Source: Candidatus Omnitrophota bacterium (GTDB taxonomy: Bacteria > Omnitrophota > Gorgyraeia > Zapsychrales > Fredricksoniimonadaceae). Taken from it: 64,000 bases of DNA. Positions 56,187-64,000 of this stretch are shown one piece after another. The stretch spans positions 71,952-135,951 of the forward strand of contig CAWHFJ010000013.1 in NCBI GenBank assembly GCA_963828495.1, read 5' to 3'. The position numbers and the translations under genes were made by a program. The notes under the pieces were generated by a model that worked only from the letters and a program-made list of their open reading frames with translations, had not been told where the DNA came from and did not search any database. The first letter of the stretch is position 1; every line of letters starts with the position of its first letter.

Positions 56187-58420
56187 TTACGTTTTAATGC
56201 GACCAGAAATTCCCCTGCCTTATAAGGCTCATAGTGACTGAAGATATACGATAAAAGCGCGACTAAATCTTCATTGTCATATAAATACGCTTGCGGAATA
56301 GGGGAAACCAGATATGTTCTCTCTACGAATATATAGAGAGGCTTGAGGGTTTCAATACGATTAATTTCACGCAGCAGCTTCTCTTTGGTGTACAGCACCG
56401 TCACAGGAAATTTGCGCATGCGCCTGGGTTGGGAAACAATCATACAATAAGTATAGAAAAAGGGGCGGCGCTTGGCCTGCATAAGGATCGAGGTCTCAAA
56501 CGAAGACACTAAAGGCACTTGCTGCTCCAAAGAGGTCAAGGATTGAATCAAAGCGGCATCTTGACTGTAATCGGACTCTTTTCTAAAAAATTCTTTGAGC
56601 TGATTATCATCGGTAAAATCATTTTCAGTCACCAGCATTTCATTCCTCTCTCCTAACCCGTTAACCGGAAGTTTAAAGGCATCCGGATAACTGATAAACA
56701 GATGGCTGAAATAGCTTTTTCTGCCCACGGGGACCTGACTGACGACGGGATGTGTCATAGGATTACGCGACAGGTTAAAAATATTCGGATGTAAAAGGAA
56801 CTGATGGGTCGTGACCGTCATCACTAAGACCAACATACCGCCGATCAGCTTAACCATCCTTTGATGATAGGTGCCTAAGCGCGCTGTTATTTCTTTAAGC
56901 CCAAAGACCGCGACCATCGCGATAATCACTCCATTGCGCAAATAAGCGGGCGCATTATTAGCCAGGGTGGCATGATAATGATAACTGATCAAAAGAAAAA
57001 CAGACGCACCGGCCATGACCAGCCCCTCAGCTTTGAGTGTCTTTTGCATCAGTTGGCCTAAAAAAATAACCAAGGCCAACAAATAAAGAACAGGTAAAAG
57101 AAAAGCCATGGAAGCACAACCAACAAAAGGCGGCGTCAAATTGTTGATCATCAGAGATGCCAGACTTCCCGCTTGATAAAATTTTATATATTCAAACTGA
57201 TTAAACCAGAATATCCCGGTAAAAATATGTGCACCGGCCACCATCCATAAGCTGAATAATAAAACTATCCAGGGCATGACGCATAATAAAATACCCTGCC
57301 TTGTATTTAAACGCGGCATCAAGCTGCCGGGATTATTGACGACAAACAGCTCGCGCAAAAGCAGAAAACCATAAAAAGCGGCCAACGTGTACGCGCCCTC
57401 TCCGATAATATAAAAAATATAAAAACCGCAGACCGCCGAGGTCAGATATAACCACCTCATCCGGCCGGTTTGCACATGCAAAATACAAAATAAAAAAAAC
57501 AAACTGTCAAAAAAGAACCGCAACGGGGTGTCCTGAGGATACGTAAAAATAAACGGGAAGGTTTCACTATTAAAAAAATGCAGACGCAGCCCAAAGAAAA
57601 TCGCGATCAGGGCCCAGGCCGTATTTTTCAGGACAAGGCGCAGGGCATAAAACCATATCCAATAGTACAGGACACTGATTGTCATCATGACCACCACCGC
57701 CCGGACATAATCAAAGTGCCCTAATAAGCGCTGGGCTATTTCGGCAACAAGAATAGGGGCTCCGATCCCGTAACCACGGGATGTCGTATCTACCCCCAAA
57801 ATATTCCCTGACAGATGCGACCATCCCGTTGACATCAATAGCCCGTCTATGTGATGAAACTGTTCTCCGCAAAACATCCTGGCCACCGCTCCTTCAATAT
57901 CAGGGACCCAGATGATTAATGGCATAAGCACCATGCCTGCCGCTGTCAGCCAGCCGGAAAGATTTAAAAAAGGCGCCGGGTCTTTCATGCGTTGGTCTAA
58001 AGACCGCACCCATTTAAGGATCTCCGGCGTGAATATTTTTATACCCACACTGGCGATCAATGATGCATAAAAACCGTTTTGCCACAAAGGATACCGGTAA
58101 ACGGCAAACTTAAACAAAAAGAACACCTCCGTAATAACCACCACGGCCTGCAGTAATGTGAAATACTTCAAGGAGGTCAGTTTTTGCCGGGCCTTCGATG
58201 AGTAAAAATGCATCAACAGCATAAAACTGCCCACACCAACAAGAATAAAAAGTCTCAAAAATAATACGTCATGCTTCGGCGTAATGGCGTTTTGATAGGT
58301 GGCAAAGAAATCATGGACCAAAGAGGATGGTTGAGGAGGGAAAAACGTGGAAAGGCATGTTCCTACGAATACACTTTCAATGGCTATTAAAACACTTAAA
58401 AAACCAACCCAATAAATCAT
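56183..58420 (-). CDS. large polytopic membrane protein with C-terminal soluble domain, paralog A (putative GT-C-like transferase; family unknown to me)
   Basis: 745-aa ORF with about 14 TM segments and a ~200-aa C-terminal domain. It shares motifs with 58444-60642 and 60635-62669 (VPDIEGAVARMFCGEQFHHID; SSFETSILMQAKRRPFFY; GEFLVALKRK). Confidence 0.45.
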   Translation of the reverse strand: MIYWVGFLSVLIAIESVFVGTCLSTFFPPQPSSLVHDFFATYQNAITPKHDVLFLRLFILVGVGSFMLLMHFYSSKARQKLTSLKYFTLLQAVVVITEVFFLFKFAVYRYPLWQNGFYASLIASVGIKIFTPEILKWVRSLDQRMKDPAPFLNLSGWLTAAGMVLMPLIIWVPDIEGAVARMFCGEQFHHIDGLLMSTGWSHLSGNILGVDTTSRGYGIGAPILVAEIAQRLLGHFDYVRAVVVMMTISVLYYWIWFYALRLVLKNTAWALIAIFFGLRLHFFNSETFPFIFTYPQDTPLRFFFDSLFFLFCILHVQTGRMRWLYLTSAVCGFYIFYIIGEGAYTLAAFYGFLLLRELFVVNNPGSLMPRLNTRQGILLCVMPWIVLLFSLWMVAGAHIFTGIFWFNQFEYIKFYQAGSLASLMINNLTPPFVGCASMAFLLPVLYLLALVIFLGQLMQKTLKAEGLVMAGASVFLLISYHYHATLANNAPAYLRNGVIIAMVAVFGLKEITARLGTYHQRMVKLIGGMLVLVMTVTTHQFLLHPNIFNLSRNPMTHPVVSQVPVGRKSYFSHLFISYPDAFKLPVNGLGERNEMLVTENDFTDDNQLKEFFRKESDYSQDAALIQSLTSLEQQVPLVSSFETSILMQAKRRPFFYTYCMIVSQPRRMRKFPVTVLYTKEKLLREINRIETLKPLYIFVERTYLVSPIPQAYLYDNEDLVALLSYIFSHYEPYKAGEFLVALKRK

Positions 58421-58443
58421 CGCTCACCCTTCATTCATTCTTT

Positions 58444-60642
58444 TTATTGACGTTTCATGGCCACTAAATACTCCCCCATCCGCCAGGGCGTATAATGCTG
58501 GCGTACATAGGTAACGATGGGAATAATGTTTTCCGGTTTATCTGCATAGGCTTTCGGAAAATCATAAAGAAAAATTTTCTCCAAAAAAACATACTCCGGT
58601 CGAAGCTCCTGAAGCTGGTCAATGGTCTTGCGGTCCAAGAGTTCCGGGTTACTGTTGGCCGAGTCAATCGGCATGACCCGCATGTGTTTAGGCCGTGATT
58701 TAACTAAAGGAAAATAATAAAAAAACGGAGGGCGGTTGGCCTGCATTAAAATTTTGATTTCGAATGAACTGATCACAGCCACCGACTCCCCAGGTAAAGT
58801 TAACGATTGTATCAAAGAAGCATCACGACTAAAATCAAAATCTTTATGATAGTACGCCGCCACATCGCCATCGGAATAAAAATCCTTCTCCGTATAAAGC
58901 GCCTCATCTTTCGTCCCCAGGGAATTAGTGGGGAGTTTTAATTCCTCCGGGTCATTACGGTTAAGATGATAAAAATACGTTGATAAATCCGCCGGCAAAG
59001 GCTGGGCTGTCAGAGGGTCAACCATAGGATTATGCGACCAGTTAAAAACATTAGGATACGCCATAAAATTATGGTTGGTCAAAAGCGCATACAACGACAC
59101 GCCTATCAGGGCCCCCACGGCCATATGTCGATGTCGGGCCCCTCGGAAACTGCCCCCTAAAAAAAGCTTGAGCCAGTACCCGCAGACAAAAACAAAAGGC
59201 AGGCCTGTCACGTAATAACTGGTCAAGATCGCGCGCATGATGTAATAATGGTTAATGCCAAGGCCATACACACATACCACGATGATAAAGATATGCCGGC
59301 GGGCAAATTTCTTAAAAAAGCACATCCCCCCTACAAAAATAATGGTGAATACCAAAACTGCCGGAATAATCAAGCCCGCAAGACCGGCCCAAAAATTATG
59401 GTATTTAAAATTCTCGTATATCGGATAAGTCCCCTGACCGGCGACGACAAAATAATTGACGAATTCAGTATAATTCCGCCAAAACGCTGCCTTTAACAAA
59501 TGCCCTCCAGCCACACTATAAAATAATGCCAACGCCACCACGACCGGAAAAAGAAAGTACGTGCCTAACAATATTATGTCCCGTTGACTTTTATAAAGCA
59601 TCGAACGGGTATAGGGCATCCCCAAAAGGCATGCCAGATACGCCCAATACGCAATCAAAAGAAAAATACCGGTAGAATCCATATAATATACGGCAAAGCC
59701 GCTTAAAGCACCCGCCAACCATAACCAACCCGATCGTCCCCGCTGTAAATGACAATAAATAGCCGCCAAGACAAAAATATCAAAAAAGTACCGGATGACA
59801 GTGGCGCTGGGGTAGGTCAAAACAAAAGGATAGTCCCCGGGATGAAACATCTGCACACGTATCCCCAAAAGCATCACAGCCAATGCAAGGCCAACACTTT
59901 TAAACCAACGCGAGGCAAACCAAAACATCACCACGTAATAAATCATCACTCCGGTCATGATCATCAAAAAAACATGCTCATAGGAAAAGCCGCCCATCCA
60001 GCGGGCCAATTGCGCAAAGACATAGGGCATCCCCATCCCATAGGAAGAAAATTGATCCACATAGATGATATGACTATTGGCCGCAGCCCATCCGGAAGCC
60101 ATCATAAACATATCATAATGAAAGAATTGCTCGCCCACGTACATGCGTGCCAACACCCGCTCAAAATTCGGCACAAAAATAATAAGCGCCAGAAAAACGC
60201 TGCCGCCGACTAAAATCAATGGCCTCAAAATGCCGGCATTGGCCCTTGCGCACATCCTCGCATAAACCGAAGTGCCTATCTGTCTGATCTGAGGCCAGAA
60301 TAATTTATTGAGCACGGCCAATATCAAGAGCACCATGTACGCGCGCTGGGCCATTTGAGCACGGTAATCGTAAAAAATCATTTTAACCCATGCGCTCAAC
60401 AAGAAAAAAGTTAAGACCGCTTCTACGATTAAAAATGCCCGATTGTAATGATAAATCCTTACAGCTATGATTTGCCCGGCGATAAAAAATACCAGCCAAA
60501 GGCCTAAATAAACAAGTGGGGACTCGACAGCAAAAAAACTTAAAACTTTCATCATCAACAACAGGGCCTGAATACTCAACAGCAAAGCCGTCAGGGAAAG
60601 CCCCCACCAGTTTTTAAGCTGTCCATCCGTCGAATTATTCAT
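58444..60642 (-). CDS. large polytopic membrane protein, paralog B
   Basis: 732-aa ORF with VPNFERVLARMYVGEQFFHYD, SSFEIKILMQANRPPFFY and GEYLVAMKRQ. Confidence 0.45.
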   Translation of the reverse strand: MNNSTDGQLKNWWGLSLTALLLSIQALLLMMKVLSFFAVESPLVYLGLWLVFFIAGQIIAVRIYHYNRAFLIVEAVLTFFLLSAWVKMIFYDYRAQMAQRAYMVLLILAVLNKLFWPQIRQIGTSVYARMCARANAGILRPLILVGGSVFLALIIFVPNFERVLARMYVGEQFFHYDMFMMASGWAAANSHIIYVDQFSSYGMGMPYVFAQLARWMGGFSYEHVFLMIMTGVMIYYVVMFWFASRWFKSVGLALAVMLLGIRVQMFHPGDYPFVLTYPSATVIRYFFDIFVLAAIYCHLQRGRSGWLWLAGALSGFAVYYMDSTGIFLLIAYWAYLACLLGMPYTRSMLYKSQRDIILLGTYFLFPVVVALALFYSVAGGHLLKAAFWRNYTEFVNYFVVAGQGTYPIYENFKYHNFWAGLAGLIIPAVLVFTIIFVGGMCFFKKFARRHIFIIVVCVYGLGINHYYIMRAILTSYYVTGLPFVFVCGYWLKLFLGGSFRGARHRHMAVGALIGVSLYALLTNHNFMAYPNVFNWSHNPMVDPLTAQPLPADLSTYFYHLNRNDPEELKLPTNSLGTKDEALYTEKDFYSDGDVAAYYHKDFDFSRDASLIQSLTLPGESVAVISSFEIKILMQANRPPFFYYFPLVKSRPKHMRVMPIDSANSNPELLDRKTIDQLQELRPEYVFLEKIFLYDFPKAYADKPENIIPIVTYVRQHYTPWRMGEYLVAMKRQ

Positions 60643-62669
60643 GGTTCCTCAGTAATAAAACCAGGCTATGACTTTGTTCGCCCGTGTAGTGATAATGCGC
60701 CTTTAAATAATTAATCAACGCATCAATACCTGCGTTGCCGGTTACACCCAATATTCTTTTATCGACAAATACCTGCCCTGGTTGGCCTTCATCCAACTGA
60801 TTCATCAAAGTCAGGTTACTATAAAAGAAAGGGGCCCGGTCAGCCTGCAGTAATATTTCAGTGGCAAAGCTGCTGATTAAAGCCGCGCGTTCTGGGGACA
60901 AAACCCCATGACCGACAAAATCAGCATCATTATCAAAATTAAAATTAGCGCGGTAAAAAGCTTTCTCCTGTTGAGCATCCCCCCCTGCCATATTAAAAAC
61001 ATTGGGGTAATAGGTAAAAAGAAAATTGGTGAACAAAGCAATCCCGGCGATTAAAACAAAGATTAACTTAATAACCCGTTGCCGGAATGGGGCCATCCCC
61101 TTCAAACACTGTACGGCCCAAAAACACATACAGCCGACCAGCGGCAAGGGAACCATATAATATTCATTGATGGTGGCATGCCACAAAAAATGCGCATATA
61201 CCCCCAAGCCATAAACACTCACAGGAATGATGAATAATTTCTCCCTGCTCCAGCGGCGAAAATAGACCATGCTGACCGCCCATGCGCTGCCCCCTGCGTA
61301 AATCACAGGAGGCACAAATGAAGCAAAGAATGCGAAAAAATTCCTGCCACTTAAACAAGAAAAAATCGAGACCGCCTCCCACCCATTGAGCCATCGCGGA
61401 ATATCTTTGAAGGTCTCCATCCAAAATTCCCTGTGCAAGACAACAGACCCCAAAAACATCCTTAGGACAATGACCATCAAGACCAACGGCAATACAGCCA
61501 ATCCCAAAATTTTACGCCACGCGGCCGGTGTAGAACAAAGCCGACAGCGAGTGTCTTTAAACGCCAACAGCACCCCTAAGTAAACGTATAAGGCCCCCAG
61601 CATATACACGCCGGTGTCAAACACATAGCCCAAAGACACTCCAATGAAGATGCTCGATAGCAAAAGAAACAATTCCCCCCCCGCCACGGGCATACACCAG
61701 CAAACAAAAAAATACCGCTACATCAAGGGTGTGGCGCAACACGCTTTGATCCGGATAAACCCATATCAACGGATTTATCCCCATATGAAACATCTGCAGT
61801 TTGACCGCCAATAACACCCCAAAAATCGCCGGCAAAATCCCAAGCCAAAAACGTAGAAAATAATAAAAAACCGTATAGTAGACCACTGCCAAAAGACAAA
61901 GGACCCCCACCACATGGACATAGGTCAGACCTCCTGCCAAGCTCACTAACGCATGCACTAAAACCAGCGCTCCCCAATTTAACGGAGCAAAAAATTGTAA
62001 CGCAGGAGTCAGCGCTTTATGATACGCCCAAAGCGGCGTCATCAACCATTGGTTAAAATGATTCGTATGATCCACCATCGCCATACGCAGCAGGGCTCTT
62101 TCGCCATCAGGGATCATGATCGCCGATAACAGAAGCAGTATAATTCCGCCATCCGCTAATCTGCGCCATAAAGCAGGGATATCTTGCCCCAGCCAAACCT
62201 TAACGACCTTAAGGCCTCTTTTCAATTCAGGCCAAAAAATCTTGGCTAATAGTGCCGCCGCAAAGCCTGTATATAATAAAATCCTGGCCCACGGCGGATT
62301 ATCATATTGCAAGATCTTAAACACCGCGAATAATTGCCACACCACCCAGACCGTCTCAGCCATCAAAAATTCCCGGATTTTTCCTGCTAGTTGGGGCGCG
62401 GCCAAACGCCTACGAAAAATATAAAGGCCCAGGGCCTGGCCGATCGTAGCCGTTGCCACAAATGCGTGATAGAAAAAATAATTGCGGTTAGGATGGAACA
62501 ATTTGAGCAGCGTCGAGGGGATGCCACCGGCAGCCGGGGCCACGGCCAAGGGGATAAACTGATACACAAAAGCCAGAATGATCAATGCCTGCAGTGCTTC
62601 TACAAAAACCAGCGCGGATATGTACCCGATATTGCGGCTGACAGGGTCCTTAAAAAAATCTTTATTCAT
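60635..62669 (-). pseudogene. large polytopic membrane protein, paralog C, frame broken at a G8 run
   Basis: 350-aa and 352-aa ORFs overlap by 77 nt. The break falls in C8 (plus strand 61675-61682). Removing one G gives ...VYARGGGELFLLLSSIFIG..., collinear with paralogs A and B. Motifs are IPDGERALLRMAMVDHTNHFN and SSFATEILLQADRAPFFY. Confidence 0.6.
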
Positions 62670-64000
62670 TCAGCATTTTCCCATTTCAGAGCTAAAAAAA
62701 TCAGTAGGGGTAAGCCCAAGGTTGTCAAAATGGCCGAAACTAAAAGGTAAATCCTCAACGGCGATTGCGGCCAATACGCAATGAGTATTTTATGTTCTCC
62801 TTGGGTCAGCGGGAAACCGATAAAACTTTTATCCACGCGATAATAAGCAACCGGCTTGCCATCAACGGAAATCCTCCATTTGGCATCATACGGATAGTGG
62901 CCGACAAACCAGCCGTCTTCCTTGGCGTTGTAGATGAGTCCTAAATTATCAAACTGCTTCTTCCACAAGCCTACAACGCCCTGATTGTCCCCGGAGCGAT
63001 ACAGCAAAACACATTTGTGGTAGAAGGGAAAATCGTTCCTGGGAAAAGCGGCATTCAATTGGCCTTGCTTGATATTCTGCACATCAAAGGTATACGGCCT
63101 GATCAATTCCCCTTGCGCGGCTTGGAACTCCTGCCATTGTTGTCCAGTTGTCCCGACCAAAAAACGCAAGTAACGGCTCTCCGGCAAAAACCATGAACTC
63201 GCCAAATGTTGCGGGAAACCGGGAGGTAAATACAACGTATATATCATCAAGTCCCCTTGTAAATGGTAGGTCGATAGTTTAGTCCCATCGAATACCCCTG
63301 ACACTTGACTATACTGCAAATCTTCCTGGCCTTTGGGCCTCATGCCATCAGGCCATCGGTCGGGCAGTTTCAACTTTCGCTGTGGATCTTGAACCTCTAC
63401 CACCTGCCGGGCCAGCCCCGCCGCAGTAATGCGGCTTAAAGCATCCGGTGCCGCATTGATGGCCGCCGGTGCTAAAAAAATAAATTCATTATTCTGCGTA
63501 AGGTAGGTCAACGTGGAGGGATCATTCAACCATTTCAAAAACTCCACATGTCTGGGATTATATCCGTTCAAATAAGTATAATTCAACCCTTGGTTGATCA
63601 CATGGTGGAAATCAGAGGATACGCTGTGAGGAAACCATATATAAGGCTCATCCCTATAAGAAAAATGAAGCGTATACGAATACCTATACGGAAAAATAGA
63701 AGGATTCTCAAAATCATACCCCACCATCCCCGCCTGCGGGAACGCATCAAAAGTGAGAGGCTTACGATAATAACTGTTAACAAAAATATGTTTTGATTGA
63801 TAAATGATAAAAAGAACATCGCTGATCACAAAAAAACATATTGTTCCGATTAAAAAGTTCCGCGCGCGCGGAGAATTTCTGAAATGTATCCAGACGATTG
63901 CCCCTAAGAGCACCACTGTAGACACGACCAGATATAGACGGACCTCAGAAGATACAACAGGAACCCCGTTGACGACCAGAACCCCCGTCAAGACACCCCA
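62666..64000 (-). CDS. YfhO-like membrane glycosyltransferase, C-terminal part; N-terminus beyond the window end
   Basis: The frame is open to base 64000. It has two TM segments, a ~330-aa extracytoplasmic domain ending RISVDGKPVAYYRVDKSFIGFPLTQGEHKILIAYWP, then a final TM, as in YfhO-family C-termini. Confidence 0.5.
   Translation of the reverse strand, partial: WGVLTGVLVVNGVPVVSSEVRLYLVVSTVVLLGAIVWIHFRNSPRARNFLIGTICFFVISDVLFIIYQSKHIFVNSYYRKPLTFDAFPQAGMVGYDFENPSIFPYRYSYTLHFSYRDEPYIWFPHSVSSDFHHVINQGLNYTYLNGYNPRHVEFLKWLNDPSTLTYLTQNNEFIFLAPAAINAAPDALSRITAAGLARQVVEVQDPQRKLKLPDRWPDGMRPKGQEDLQYSQVSGVFDGTKLSTYHLQGDLMIYTLYLPPGFPQHLASSWFLPESRYLRFLVGTTGQQWQEFQAAQGELIRPYTFDVQNIKQGQLNAAFPRNDFPFYHKCVLLYRSGDNQGVVGLWKKQFDNLGLIYNAKEDGWFVGHYPYDAKWRISVDGKPVAYYRVDKSFIGFPLTQGEHKILIAYWPQSPLRIYLLVSAILTTLGLPLLIFLALKWENAE

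Overview
This 64-kb window looks like it comes from a diderm bacterium, since it encodes Lnt, LpxL-like, LptE, BamD-like and Wzm/Wzt proteins. I cannot name the lineage from sequence alone. About 65 genes are packed tightly, and all except metF and rpsT lie on the minus strand. I see three blocks. (i) 1-27.8 kb is a large surface-glycan locus dependent on an ABC transporter (Wzm/Wzt). It has at least 10 glycosyltransferases, four FkbM-like methyltransferase domains, a GDP-mannose-3,5-epimerase-family SDR and a GT11 'fucosyltransferase'. At its promoter-proximal end sits a carrier-protein-dependent acylation cassette: MarR-like regulator, B12-radical SAM, MaoC dehydratase, FkbH-like loader, ACP, MBOAT, and three tandem DltD/SGNH-like paralogs. 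I consider this cassette the best candidate for an undescribed system. A second MBOAT gene is cut by the window start. (ii) 27.8-53.7 kb is mostly housekeeping: metF, gap, lnt, secA, prfB (with the classical +1 programmed frameshift, reconstructed here), ychF, uvrC, murJ, rpsT, holA, lptE, bamD-like, hflX and miaA. (iii) 53.7-64 kb is a second envelope operon. It holds a DUF2156-like protein, a YkgJ-type Cys-cluster protein, a tRNA-binding-domain protein, a GT2 polyprenyl-phosphate glycosyltransferase, three large paralogous polytopic membrane proteins of unknown family, and a YfhO-like protein cut by the window end. Non-coding highlights are: a promoter-fed 161-nt closed hairpin RNA candidate in the miaA-hflX gap (where hfq sits in Enterobacteria); a perfect 30-bp inverted repeat overlapping the miaA stop; a 26-codon highly basic micro-ORF with an SD/anti-SD/decoy-SD arrangement; and a sigma70-like promoter overlapped by a 17-bp palindrome in front of the MarR-like gene. 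Caveat: four (possibly five) genes are frame-broken exactly at homopolymer runs (A6, C4, C6, C8, possibly A4). This points to homopolymer miscalls in the assembly at least as much as to biology. I recognised no rRNA, tRNA, CRISPR array, transposase or integrase. All family calls rest on motifs read by eye, and no database search was possible.
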